Shown here piece after piece: positions 1 to 13,351 of a stretch of DNA of 64,000 nt. This DNA comes from Protoeuglena noctilucae. Taxonomy: Eukaryota. The notes below the pieces were generated by a model. That model worked only from the letters and a program-made list of their open reading frames with translations, was not told the DNA's origin and did no database searches. A program made the translations under genes and the position numbers. The DNA lies in the NCBI GenBank assembly GCA_958009085.1, contig OY253683.1, positions 186,001 through 250,000 of the forward strand. Direction: 5' to 3'. Position 1 is the first letter of the stretch; each line of letters begins with the position of its first letter.

Positions 1-3000
1 TCAGGACCTCCAATGAGCGCTGGGCCGACCTGGGACTCCACGTGCAGCGCGTGGCGGGTCTGCTTAAGCCCAGCCGCGCTGGGTACCTGCCCCGCGTCGC
101 CAACCTACCCCCGGGGACATCGGAGGCTCTGCTGGTACAGCAGGTGGCGCAGGCGCTGGGACCGCACGTGACGGCGGAGGAGCTGGTGAGGGTTGCGTGA
201 CTGTGGCTGTGATTGTGATGGGTGGAGAGTGCGCGCAACTGTTACGGTGGTGGAGCTGGTGAGGGTGCAAGCAGGTTAAGCTCGCGTTGTATGTGCAATG
301 TCGCACTCCTGTCGCCTCCCCCGCAGCTGGACGACGACGGCCGCCGCGTCCGCTCCCAGTCGCGTCCCCTGGTGGACCTCTTCCTGTCCGTGCGTGCCTT
401 CGTCCCATTCACGCGACTGCGCTTCCTGCCCCTGCACCACCGACCCTTCGTGGACGCCTATGCCGAGATGGCCGAGGCTGTGTGGTGCGTGCCTGTGCGG
501 GAGGGGCAGACGATGGCTGTCTATAGAGCTCTCTAATGGTCATTGTTGACGATGTCATGTTCCTTGCGAGCCAATGCGACTAAGTGGGTGCGACCCAGCT
601 TGCAACACGCTCGGCCCGCCGCAGCATGGCAATGGCACACAGCCTCTCTTGCACGCAGCGCGGCCCTGGCAGAGCCCCTGCCGAAGCTGCCGGACATTCT
701 GGGAGATCCGAGCGGGGAAGGCGAAGTGGCGCGGGCGTTCGCGGATGCGCGGCGCTCTGCGGTGGCGAGGAGGGCGGTGGGCGCCGCGTTCCCCGCCCTC
801 TTCCTCTACCTCCAGGAGTGCTCGACGCTCACCGCCGTCATGATGCTGCTGGTGCAAAACCCCAGCGCGGCGGTGGCCCTGATTGACGCCCCGGTGAGTC
901 ACGCAGCGCTCTGTGGTGCTTGGATAGCGCTCTGGCATGCCCTCTGTTTCTCTGTCACAATCGATGTCATGCTGTCGCTGCCACCTCACAGCGCCCACCT
1001 CTCAATGGCCACCTGTCGGCCCTCCATCGCAGGTCGCCCCCGCCTACGCTACGGTGATGGAGACGACCCTCTTCAGAAACTGCCAGCAACACTTGCAGAA
1101 GCTGTGGAGCGGTGAGGGCTGCCGTGACATGCCTTCCTACCTCACAGACTGTGAGTCCTCGTGCTGACCAATTCAACGCTGCCTGCCACTCAGTTCATTA
1201 GAAGGACTGAAACCCTCGCCATGTCCCATCCAATGTACGCGACCGTTCTCTCAGCCCCGCATCCCACGCCCTCCCCACCGTACTCTGTGCGCCCAGCCCC
1301 GAGTCTCGACTCCCCCCAAATCGTGGCAGACTTGACCAACATGACCCAAGGGGCTTTCTTGCATCTCTCTGTCATCATGGCCGTCGCCACCCTCACCTCG
1401 TTCGCCACCGTGCCCCCACTGACGGTGCCCAAGCGCGACATCGCCGCGGCTGCTGACACGGGGCCGCTGCTGCGCGGCGCCAGCAACTTCCTGCATTACC
1501 TGGAGGAGAGGGTGGTCCTGGACCCGGGCCTCCTCACCACGTGCCCAACCGCCTTCCCCCGAAAAGACGACACGATTGAGGCGTACCAGCCGCAGCCGGG
1601 CGCGGGCGGGGATTTCTGGGAGCTCTCCGAGCAAGGGGCCAAGTGCTACGCGCAGTTCGCGATCTTGCGGTTCCAGATGCTGGCACCCAACGAGCCAGGC
1701 ATCGACGGGCTGCTGCCGGTGCGTGTGGATGAGAATAATATAATGCAATGTCTTATGGTTGAGAGTATCCATACGTGGTGGGAGCTGTAGCTGGCGGCTC
1801 CACTGTTGCTAGCAGTGGCTGCCGGTGCGCTCAAGACTGAAGATGATGCATGGGAGTCGAGCAGCCGTCCGTCCTTGTACGCAGGGCTTGGCTGCGATCA
1901 TGGTACTGGGCTGGATGCACGCTTCCGCTCGGGCCGTGTTCCGGAAGGAGGGCAGGGACTCCGCCAACCCTCTCATTCCTGATGCCGACCTTCTGTGGTG
2001 CGAGCATGGATGGGGATGCTTGCAGCCACCCTGGCTGGCCGGCGCATGCGTGCGCGTCACCTTGCATTTGTATGGAACATGTTCGTGGCTGTGCAATCTG
2101 TGGAGACGCCGCGCTGCCTGTGTCCGTGCAGTTTGCGGAGTGCGTTCCTCCGTGTGTGCGATGCGGCGAGGCGGGAGAGGGAGGAGGCTGCGGGCAGAGA
2201 GGCGGCGTCATCCGCAGCGACCGAGAGGGGACAGGAGGAGGAGGAGCGGGCCAAGGCCGAGCAAGAGGCGGCGGAGGCGCGGAGAGTTGATGAGGAGGCA
2301 GCCAAGGCTGAGGCAGAGGCAGCTGCAAGGGCCAGGGCTGAGGCGGAGGCAGCTGCCAAGAGACGCGCTGAGGAGGCGGCTGCCAAGGCCAAAGCTGAGC
2401 AAGAGGCGGCTGCTGCCAAGGCTAAGGCTGAGCAAGAGGCAGCCGACAAGCGCAGGGCTGATGAGGAGGCAGCTGCAGCGCGTGCCAAGGCTGAGCAAGA
2501 GGCTGCGGAGAGACAAAGGGCCGAAGAGGCAGCCAACAAGCGCAGGGCTGAGGAGGAGGCGGCAGCTGCATGGGCCAAGGCTGAGGCAGAGGCGGCAAAG
2601 AGACAAAGGGCTGAGGCAGAGGCAGCTGCCAAGGCAAAGGCCGAGCAAGAAGCGGCAGCTGCAAGGGCCAAAGCGGAGGCGGAGGCTGCAGCGCGGGCCA
2701 AGGCTGAGCAAGAGGCGGCAGAGAGACAAAGGGCTGAGGCAGAGGCAGCTGCCGAGGCCAAAGCCGAGCAAGAGGCTGCAGAAAAGCGGAGGGCTGAGCA
2801 AGAGGCGGCAGCTGCACGTGCAAGGGCCGAGGCGGAGGCTACAGAGAGGCGCAGGGCTGAGCAAGAGGCGGCTGCAGAGAGGCGGAAGGCTGAGGAAGCT
2901 GCAGCGCGTGCCAAGGCCGAGCAAGAGGCAGCTGCGCGGGCCAAGGCTGAGCAAGATGCTGCACGTGCAAGGGCCGAGGCGGAGGCTGCAGAGAGGCGGT

Positions 3001-6000
3001 GGGTTGAGCAAGAGGCTGCTGCACGCGCAGCCGCCCAGCCGCGGACAGCCACCGCAGCGGCTCTGGCGGCTGAGGGCACGCTGCGCCTGAGCGGCCCCTC
3101 TGCGTCCCCGGCGTCGTCGCGCGACGCAATCCGCAGCCATTGGTGGGCGGAGATGGTCGTTGCGGCTTCCCTCCACCTGCGCTTTTTGGTCGGCGGTGTG
3201 GACGTCGGCCCTGACACCTGGGAGGACGCCGTCAAGCATGCGAACCCCCTCCACTGGGACATGTTCCTGTCGGTCCAGGAGCTCATCGAGTCCCTGGTGA
3301 GCCATGACAGCAGCGAGGAGCGATAAAGAGTCGCGAACGGTAAGCAGGTACCGTAGATGGCGCATCGGTGCGACACTGGTCACTTTCTGCCCGCTCGCAC
3401 GCCCTCGCAGGTGCAACCGTACCTCCGCCACCTCCCCGACGGTTTCTGGCCCAGCCCTTCCCGCCCCGCCATGCTGGCTGCGGTGGATGCTGGCCTGGTG
3501 GGGAAGGAGCCCCACTTCAAATGGTTCCGTGCCATCTGCCTGTCTCAAATGGACGTCGAGACTGCATACACCTTCTGCCTCGTCATGGCCCAGATCAGGC
3601 GAGCGACAGCCGCAGCTCGTGTGTCGTGCAAGCTTGGACAGTAGTGGTTGGGCCGGCCTGGGTGGGCAGTCATGTCTTTCTGTGTTCCTGCCACCTCCTC
3701 TGCTCCACGACACCCCTCGCGTCTCCCCATGTATGCGGGGCATGTCAGCAGCGTGTATCCAAGCCCTCTCACTTGATGTGGGTGCAGGAAGGAGGACATG
3801 TGGATCAGCCGTGGCGCTCTGCTGGGGCAGGACAACGCCAGCAACCCCGCAGCTGTGGCCTGGCGCATCCGCGTGCTTCGTGCGGTGGCGGAGGGGTGGA
3901 GGGTGGCGTCGGGGAGGGACCCGGGAGCAACGCGGATCGACGGTGAGGTATGGGCGATGCGGTGTGGGTGTGGGTGTGGGTGTGGCCGTGGCTGTGCGCT
4001 GGAATGTGAGCGGATCATCAAACGACGGCAGTGCAGTGGCATTCCAGCCAACGCCTCGTTTTCCATCGCAGGCAAGAGGTGCTATCAGATCGAGGAGATC
4101 ATCAAAGCGACCCAGACGCAGCTGCGCGTGGGCAACATCCAGATGCCAGCATCCCCGCGCAAAGGCCACGCCAGCCCCACGCAGTCGCGGCTCACCTCGG
4201 GTCCCAGCGGGGGCACTGTCAGCCGCGATGCGTCGCAAAGGGAGGGCAGCGCTGACGGGGGCAGCGAGGGCGGCGACGGGGCAGCGGGGCGGGACTCGAC
4301 AGGGCAGCACTCATCGGCAACTGCGGCGGCGCTGGCGGCCGTGCGCCCCCTGCAGCTCACCAAGCCCTTCGCCACGCAGGCTGCCCCCGCGATCGCCGCT
4401 CAAAAGGCCTGGTGGGCGCAGCTGGCGGAGGCGGCTGCCTTGCATTTGAGCATGCTGGCGGAGTGGCGCCCGGTCACGCCTGAGACGTGGGCATCGTCGG
4501 TGCGGGAGGCGAACCCAGAGGCCATGGCCAGCTTCCGAGCCATTGAGAGGCTCATCGACGACCTGGTGAGTGTCTGGATGCAAATCTGAATGTGGCTATG
4601 GTCAGTCGTGACATGAGAGTCACTCACGTTTGCATTGCTGCAGCTTTCAGTAACCCCTGCCGTGTACTGCGCATGCCGCCCTGCATCCCCTCGCTCCCTT
4701 GCCTCAGGTCAAGCCATGCTTGGGCAACTTGTCACTCCTGCCCCGCCCCTGCCGCCCCGCCCTCTTGGCGGCCATCGGCGCGGGGTTGGCGGGTACCAAC
4801 ATGCGGTGGCTGCGGACCATCTGCGTCTCTCAGATGGATGTCAAAGCGGCGTTCACCTTCAGCCTGGTCATGCGGCAGCTGAGGCGAGTGAAGGAAGGGC
4901 GGACGCTTGGGTGATGGGAGGGTGGTTGCGATGGGGTGGGCTGTGGAGCGAGATGTTGTCTGGGGCTGTGCTGCGCTGGCGTGACTGGTAGTGCTAGTGA
5001 TTGGTCGTGACAGTTATGACTTGGGCAGTAGGGCGACTCTGTGCTAGCTTGACCATGGTACCATGGTAGTCGTGACCTGACCCTGTACAGCCATGGCACC
5101 CTCCCCCGCAGGAAGGAGGAAGCCCTGACGCTGGACTGGGATTGTCTGGTGAAGCGGGACGACGCCAGTGACCATGAGGCGGTGGAGTGGCGCAAGCGGC
5201 TGCTGCGGGCGGTCAAGTTCGGGTGGCAAGGGGCCACGGGGAGGGACCGCCGCGTCACCCTCATCGACGGTGAGGTTGGGGACGAGCGGGAACGTGTTTG
5301 TGCGTGAGACAGCATCGTGGCACGGTTTGCCTGGGTGGCGCAGTGCGGGTTGCGCTGTGTGTTGTGGCGGAAACAGCATCGTAGCATGACTTGGCTTAGC
5401 GGTGCTTGGGTGCTCTGTCCACGATATTGTGTCGCACCCACTGGCTCATGTCTCACCAATACCAGTAGTCGCACCCATTCCCATCCTCCGCCCCTCATCT
5501 CCGATTCCGCCCCTCCCATGCACCCGCAGAGGCCGAGTGCCGTCGCATCGAGTACATGGTACGGACGGTGCAGTCAATGATCAACGCCGGAAAGGTCAAG
5601 GTCGGGGTGCCGGTAGCGCCCAAGGCACAGGTCTCTCTCCCCACCACGCCAAAGGGCGCGGCACAGGGCATGACAGGCTGGGCAGGGAGTGCGGACGGTG
5701 GTGCAGATATGGGCAAGGATGCTGGCCAGGGACGGCCCCCCACCACCGCGTTCGCCCTGCACCCTACTCAAGCCACGCAGGCCAAGCCCATTCCCACCAG
5801 CCCCGCCAAGCCCGCCCCCGCCCCTATGGTCATCGCCGTCTCGCCTGCGCGCCACGACACGCACCGACCGTCGCAGCACGCGGCGAGCGCTGCGACCTCG
5901 ACTCCAAACATTCGCTTCCAGCCGCCCTCACCGCCCCAGCCATCGCAGCCATCTCAGCCATCCCAGCCGCCCCCGCCGCCACCCCGGGCCGTGGGGCTGC

Positions 6001-7239
6001 AAGGTGACACGCCAGCCATCGCGCGTCCCTATGCATCGGACCCTGCCGAGGAGGCGCAGGCTGCGATCCAGGAGGCGGTGGCGACGCTGCGGCAGTACCC
6101 TCCCGCGGACCACCGTGCTTTGTCCAAGTGCAAGCGCCGGGTCATGGCAGCCGCCAGCAAGGCAGAGGGCAAGGTGGATGCCGGTACCTTTAGGGACCTG
6201 AAGGGGCTGCAGGTGGAGCTTACCCGGGCCATCTCGGCACTGCAGCTCTCCAACCTCAGCCGGGCGGTCGTGGTGGTGGGGGAGGGCATGCCGACGACGG
6301 GGGTGGCAGCGCAGGGCGCAATGACAGGGACTGCTGGGGTAGCGGCAGGGCACAGTGCGGCAATGGCGGGGCCAGCGCATCACGCGCCGAGCGGAGGCGT
6401 GGCTGCGGGGATGTCGGGAGGTCCGGCAATGTCTGGCGCTTGGGGTGCGGCGTCCCAAGGCCCCGCCGCGGCTCCGGCCCCCGACCCCATCTCTCTCTCT
6501 GCCATCTCCGCCATCCGCGCCACGCTGTCATCGGTTGCAGCCTCAGATGGGATCCCCGCTCTGCAGGCGGCAGCACCTGGGCTGGTGCAGGGTTACGGGG
6601 CTCCTGTGGCTTCGGCTGCGTTAGCTGCCAACCTCGTCGCACCCGTCACCGCCCCGCACTATGCTGCGATGGCCACCCCACACGCCCACTCGCTTGGCCC
6701 TGCCGGCAGCGGCGCTGCCTGGGCTATGCAGCAGGCAGCTATGCAGCAGCAAGGGCATCTGCAGCAAGGGGCTATGATGCAGCACGGGCTTGTGCAGCAG
6801 CAAGGCCCGTTGCCTGCCAAGCACCCCCATGCTGCCGCCCCCGCCCCGGCTCCCGCACCTGCATCGCAAGAAGAGGACGAGGACCCCAGCGAGTGCATCA
6901 TCTGCGAGGTGGGGGGATTTTGTGATTGCAAGCAATCGTGGATGCGTCTATGTGACAGCAGACTTACTCTCAGCACCCGCACTTGCGCTTTGTTGTGCTC
7001 GCTCCATCTCTGCAAGCTTCCCTCAGCATTCCAATCCCTTACCACCCTTGCACTCCTCTCCTCATCCCCAGGACGCGGAGGCAGACATCACGTTCCTGCC
7101 GTGCGGTCACCAGATCTGCTGCTTAAAGTGCGCCAAGGGATGGAAGCGCAAGGCAGGGACCTGCCCCAAATGCAGCAAGCCCATTCAGAGGATGGCCGAC
7201 GAGGACGGCTTCATTGCTGAGGGTGCGTGGGGCGTCTAG
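1..7239 (+). CDS. Large multi-exon protein (5' end lies outside the window) with an Ala/Glu/Lys-rich repeat, two copies of an unknown ~200-aa domain and a C-terminal RING finger (C3HC4_3/IAP-like); putative E3 ubiquitin ligase
   Basis: A chain of + strand exons is bounded by GT..AG. The last exons join as ECIICE|DAEADITFLPCGHQICCLKCAKGWKRKAGTCPKC and end at TAG 7237-7239. A Pro/Gln/Ala-rich low-complexity region lies at about 5600-6880. That all exons belong to one gene is inferred, not proven. Confidence 0.6.
2160..3030 (+). repeat. Coding tandem repeat (AKAEQEAAA / RRAEEEAAA units), a long charged helical or coiled-coil segment
   Basis: Many imperfect copies of gccaaggctgagcaagaggc-like units sit in frame in ORF 1995..3326. 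Confidence 0.9.
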
Positions 7240-7595
7240 GGGTGGCGCATCCCATGGGGACTGTCGATGGGGCATGAGCATTGTGTTGCAGCTTGGCTGT
7301 CGAGAGCGTTCCCGTTTTCTGCTGTTGTGTTGCTGTGCTGGCTTGGATGAGGCATGGTATGAGCGAGAGCATTTCTTCTCTGCGGTTGCATGGCGCTCTT
7401 CTGTTTAAAGTGCACCGCTGTCGAGTGCCTGGAAAACAAGCAAGGGAACCTAGTGCGAGCGTGGGGCGTGCGAGTGCGAGTGTGGCTGCAGAGTTCGCTT
7501 GGAAAGGGCGTGGGACAGTTACATAGCGGGAAGCTGGAAGCAGGAAGCTGCCGCGGGGTGGAAAGCAGAGGTGCAAGCAGGGTACACAGTGCGTC

Positions 7596-10500
7596 TCATC
7601 CGCTGCCCTCCCCCGGCTGTGGCTCGGCCAGGCGCTCCAGCAGGCGCCTGCGTATGCTTCGCACAAGGCTCTCCAAATCCGAGACGTTGCAGAGCGACAG
7701 GCTGGGGCCGGCCCAGAGCTGGCGGTGCAGGGCGCGGGCGGCCCAGGGAGCCAGGCTGACGGGGAGGCTGTGGGGCCACCGTGACCCCATCGCCACCAGC
7801 ACGTCCGGTGGGGTGGCGTCTGCGCGGCGGAGCTTGGGGAACTCCGGGGGCATCGACGCCGTCTCCAGGAACCCAGACAGGGTGCAGGGGGCGTCGGGGA
7901 CGTGACGGAGGACCGACTCCCACACACTGCGAGGGGAGGGCGGCAGGGGTACGCCAGTCACGACGACACATGAGCCACGGTTGCAGCGCTGCTTACGCCG
8001 CGTGAGGTGCAGCGGCACTCGCATCGGCAAGCTGAGCAATGAAGAGACGAGAGCGGGCGAGTAGAGATGTTTGATAGGTCACGAGCATGCACTTGCAGGG
8101 GCGCGCACGCACACCCCGCACAGTCACACAGCACACCCCGCCTCATGTTCTCAACCCAGGCCCTCACCGGTCGAGCAGAGCCGTCCCCGCGGCGCCCCCG
8201 TCCGCCGCCGCCGCGCGCGCCGCGAGCATCCGCGCCCAGTCCTCGACCATCCCGGCCATCAGCATCGTGTTGCGCAGGGGCTGGCCCACCATGCTCTGCT
8301 CGGCCCCGGCGAGGTCGTCGAGGGCCGCAGGGGCCACCTCCGGCGTCGCGCAGAGCGTCCGCGTGACCACGAGCACCTCCTCCAGCAGCGCACACCGAGC
8401 GAGGGCCGCCAGGGCCACCACACCCGGTCGCGGCGCGGGCTGCCCGTCGTCGCCAATTGCGGGTGCGAGGAGCACCCCGGTGCCGCAGGTGAGCACCAGC
8501 GACGGCGCGGGGTCCTCCCCGAGCGGCCGGGCCAGGTGCAGGGCCAGGAGGACCAGGCGAGAGGCCAGGCCGCCCTCGCCGGGCGCCCCAGGCACGAGCC
8601 CCGCAGCCATGGAGGCGCGCAGGAGGCGGAAGGCGCTGCGGGACAGCAGGGCCGCGACGGTGGCGAGCAAACACCGCACTTCGGCCATCCAGTTGGCCAG
8701 GGTCAGGCGGGGTGGTGGGCGAATGGGCGGTGGGGCCCAATGAGCCAAGCTGGACCAGTCTGGGCCGCCACCCGGGCCCGCCTCGCTTTGCTCGCTCGAT
8801 AAACCTGCAAAGGTGAAGGGCGTGGGCGAGGTGAAGGGGTGTGAGTGTGGTGAAGGGGTTGCTCACGGCCAAGACTGCCACTCTCGCTGCCACAGCCCCA
8901 TCCCGCACAATCCCGCAAAGCGCTCACCCGCCAAGGTCCGTGCAGCGAGGGCGTCCACGGCAGCGAGCTCTCTCGCCACCTCAGGCCGCGCCAGTCGCGC
9001 TGACATGGCCCCCGCCACTCCCTCGATCCAGGGGTAGGCCAGGTCGGCATCCGTGCTGGCCTCTGCCAGGTCCTTGGACGCCACTTCCAGCACCGAAAGC
9101 ACGTCCGGGTCTCGCACTGCAGGGATGGAGAGGGAGTGCTGTGGTGGGTGCGGTGACGGGGCAGGAGGTGTGCAGTGAGAGGTGCGGTGGTGAGGCGGGA
9201 GCGGCGTGGTGGTGGGTGCGGTGGTAAGGCGGGGACCGGCGATGGCAGTGGATCTGTGGCAGTCGGTGGAGCAGATGGTGCGGGTACCAGTGTACTGCAT
9301 GTCTCTCTCGCAACCCACCCTGCTCACCGCACCTCCACCCCCGGCCCCACCCATCACATCCCTGCTCACCGCATGCCTCCAGGAGTCGGCACCCGTGCGT
9401 GACCGACGCCCCCAGCGACGCAGCCAGGCACCCCGACTGAATCGGCTCCCCAAACACCGCCCACAGTCCCACCCCAGTCCCCTCCACTTGACCCTCCCCG
9501 TTCTCAGCACCTCCCGCCCCCGCCCCCGCGCCCCTCCCTCGCCCAGCCGTCTCCAGCAGCTCCGCGGACTGTGCCAGAAACATTGCGGCAGCTTCTGCCA
9601 GGTAAGATTGGACCCCGCCAGGGCCCAGGAGGAGCGCACAGGCGTCCCGCACCAGCCCACCCACCGAGCCTGCGGAGTTGATGCAAGTGGGATACCAAGC
9701 ATCAATCCACAGCGCCAGCAGCAAAGTACAAGCGCCACAAGCACGTAGTCACTATCCAACCATCGCTTTCCATCTGCCATCGCCGGCGTTGATGGCTCGC
9801 CTGGCTCACGCGACGTGGAGGCTTGCGCTTGCATGTCTGGGGTGTTGGAAATCATGACGGGTATCTGCCGTCCACCGATCGTCATCTGCACGCGCGGGTG
9901 CTCTCTCCGGGGCGCGTGGGCCATGGTGGGCTCCCCGAGGGCGTTCTGGCAGTTGCGGACCACGTAAGCCTCGCAGCCCCGGTGGGCGCGTGCCAGTGCC
10001 GACAGCACGCTCATGCTGCAGGGCAGAGGGGAGGAAGCAACGGTCGCTGCGAGCCAGAGCAACACAGGAATGGACAGGAGAGCGTGCATGCAGGCAGATG
10101 TGCGGAGAGAGGCGAGAGGCCTGGCAGTAAGGACGACCTCCCCGTCGATCCCGCTGGACAGGAGCGTTAACGTCAGGTGGAGTCTCGCAGTGCCCGGCCC
10201 GCAAGCGACGCGCCGCTCACCACGCCCACGCGAGCAGGCACGCCAGCTCCCCCGTCTCTGTCCCCGGACTGCACCGGCCCCCGCACGCAGCCAGCGCCCC
10301 CGCCACAGCCGAGGCCACCAGAGCCCCACGCCCCCACCAAGGCGCCACCTCCTCCCGAAAAGCCGCGGCGCCGTCCGTCGCAGCGCCGCCACTGACCCGG
10401 CCCTGTCCCCGCGCGTCAACCCCGCCACCCCCAGCCCCATTGGTGCCACCCGCCACCCCACCTCGTGTCGCCCCGCCCCCCGCCACGCCAGTGCCGCTGG

Positions 10501-13351
10501 CAGTCCCCGTCGAGGTTTCCGACCGCAGCCCCCGCGCCCTGGACGCCCGAGGGTCGCCCCCCGGTGCCTCAGACGCGGCAGCAGCCGGGGCACCGGGCTC
10601 GGCCACCCCCGCCCCCGCCCCCGCCCCTGACGTCAGCATCCCTGGCGTCAGCAGGACGCGGCACCCGTGCATGACGCAGTGGAGGTCTGCTGCCACGCGC
10701 ACCGGGGATCCTCCCGACTCGAGGGCCCACAGAGACGCACGCAGCTGGTCGCACACCCCTCGCAGCGCCAAGGTGGTCGGCAGGCCCCGTAACGCCGCCA
10801 TGCTGAACCCGGTCCTGCCGCCCCTCGCCTTGGTCTGCGAGAGTACATGAATCGCGTGTGTCGTGAGCCTCGCCAGCCTGGCAAGGGAAGCTCAGTTGAG
10901 ATGAGGGTGTGCAAGGGGCCAGGCTGCAGGTCATGGGTCGCATGTGTGTGACTCCATCTCATGAGCATACATGTCATGTCATTTCATGTGTCACCCCATG
11001 CCACCTCGCCTGAGCCAAGGACTCTGCCCAGCTGCCCCCCAGAAGCCACCCCACAGCGTCCTTTGCGTCCCACTCCACCGACGCCCAAACGTCTCTGGCA
11101 CTTTCTGGCGGCCGCAGGGGCCCCACGGAGCGCACCGCGAGGTGAGAGACGAGCTGCGTCGGGAGGATGGCCTGGGTGAAACGACGGAGAGAGGGAGGGG
11201 GTGACGGCAAGCATAGTTGGGATGCGAAGCACCGCTGGCATTGCATGAACCGAGCACGTACACACGGTGGCACTGTGCAGGCAACCGTTGCACATGCTAA
11301 TGCATGCTACAGGTGTGAGCATAATCAAGCGTGAGCAGCGTCATCTTTCTTGCAAATGACAACCCTGCTGCCATCGCGTGCCTGGGGCAGAGGGCTGACG
11401 TCCGCGTCCGGTGCCTGGCGCCTGCGGACCGTGGCAGTTGTCGGGGTCACGTCGTGTGCGGGGGTCTCTGGCGGTGGGGTGGCAGCCGGGGCCGGGGTGG
11501 TGGCAGGGGCTGGGGTCCCCACGGGGCGGGCGGCTTGCTGCTGCCGAAGCTGGTCGAGCTCCCACTGCGGGACACGAGGGTGCAGGGTCCGACTGTCACT
11601 GTCACGCCGGGGCTCAACAACTCCCTGCTTTACTGCTTTGCCAACCCTCCCAGCGCCAGAGCACCTCCAGTTGTATACACAGCCACGCCCCACGTCCCAC
11701 CTATGCACCCACACATCCCGCCGGCCCGCGCCTCGCACCTGCAGCTCCGTCACTCGGATCTGTTCCTGTGCCACTTGTGCCTCCAGGCCCTTCTTGGTCT
11801 CCATGAGACGCAGCACACGGTCGCCGCGTTCCTGCGCCTGACACCGCACCTCCGCCAGCTCAGCCTGGAGGAGGGTCAGCTGCGGAACGACATGGAGAAG
11901 GTGCACATGAAGCGAGGAATTGCTGGGGTGCGAGAGCTGCTTTGCTCTATCAACTGCCAATTGCTCGTCTACCGCAGATGGCACGAACGTGAAAGCACCC
12001 AGCAGCAGGGAAATCATGCAGTATCATTGCGCGTCTGCCACTAGGAAATGAGCTTGGTTATACTCCAGCCCTCGCGCACCTGCTGCTTGACCGTCTCCAC
12101 CTCCCGCAGCACGTTCTGGGGCACCCCACGCTGGCTGCTCTCCGTCCGCTGGCTGGCCTCGACTGCCGCGGCGCTCATCTGCTGCTTCAGCTTGTGCACC
12201 TGGCCCTCCGCCGTCGCCACTGCGGAAGACGATGCACGCCAATTCACGACCGAACAGCCCCGGCTGCTTGCCCGCTAACAAGCGAGGCGACCCCCGAGCG
12301 CTGCGGTCTCTCACCCCGGTCCCTCAGCAGCGAGATGTTGGCCTCCCTCTCAGCGACGGCGCGGCCCATGCGCTGGATCTCCTGCTGCATCGACTCCATC
12401 TGCCGATGCAACGGGCCGCCCTGCGCCTGCCCCGCCGCCTGCCCCGCCAGAGCCGCCTCCGCCGCACGCGACACGGCCCCCGCCGGGGCGTGGGGCGCGG
12501 CGCCCGGACGCGGCTGGTACCCCCCGCCACCCGCGCCCCACGCGCCACCCTGGCCCTCCCTGGGCCGCTTGGCGCCGTGCCTGCCAGCCTCCCCGGCGTC
12601 GCCGGGCATCGGATGGGACTGAGTCAGCACCGCGTTGCTCCCTTGCGGCGGCGTTGGTCTCTGAGACCAGGCACCGCCGCGTGGAGCCCCCGCCGCCACC
12701 GGCCCAGCCACCACCGCCCCAGCCGTCACCGCCACGGCCGCCACCGCCCCGCCAGACCCTCGCCCTGCGGAAGGCCCGCGTCCCGTGAAGCCCTGGCCGG
12801 GCGCCCGGGAACCGCTCTTGGACGGGGCCGCCGCCCGCTGCAGCGCCGGGTGCATCTGATTGCCTGCGAAGGCGGTGGCGTGCCAGGCGTGATGAGCTGG
12901 TCGGGGATACGCCTCACAGTGCGCTCGCAACAGGCCATCCAGACGCGCACCTGGAACAGCGTGACTCGCGGCGGCAGGAACGTTCGTTCGGGCGACGCTG
13001 GGGCCTGCGTGGCCGTTGTTTCCCGGTAACGGCATTGGCTGCGTGAAGGCCGTCTGCGTCTGGGTGCGTTTCCTGCGATGAAAGGGGGCTGCACCTCTTC
13101 GCACATAGAAATGGTATCGGAAGCTCGCTGACGGAGCCGACGCGCGATCGCATGCGCGCGCAACCGCGCTGCCATCTTGCACAGCAGGTGAGCCGGACTC
13201 ACGACTGCACGTGTTGGTCCACGGCCGCGTCGACCATGTCCAACGCGGCCATGAGATCGTCATCGTCCTGCGCATCACGAAAGAGGCGAGGCGCGATTAT
13301 CGGGCGCGACGCCACGGGCCGCGTCCACCGCGTCCCTCGCGCTGAGCTCAT
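7596..13351 (-). CDS. Multi-exon coiled-coil plus helical-repeat protein, possibly ATRIP/SUV2-like (ATR-interacting protein)
   Basis: It has an acidic N-terminal motif DDDDLMAALDMVDAAV (about 13215-13265), coiled-coil exons at 11740-12410 (QMESMQQEIQRM..., QAELAEVRCQAQER...) and Leu-rich helical C-terminal exons (LLEEVLVVTRTLCATPEVAPAALDDL). This order recalls plant SUV2/ATRIP. A TGTAA poly(A)-like signal lies on the minus strand near 7519-7523. The family call is from architecture only. Confidence 0.4.

Noticed and set aside
2160..3030. Possible CRISPR-like array or bacterial tolA gene
   Set aside because: The units are imperfect, in frame and contiguous with no unique spacers, and they sit inside an intron-containing eukaryotic gene.
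2057..4310. Long minus-strand ORFs (439 aa and 700 aa) and the alternative + frame ORF 1825..3090
   Set aside because: They are shadow frames of the GC-rich Ala/Glu repeat exon, with low-complexity translations and no motifs.
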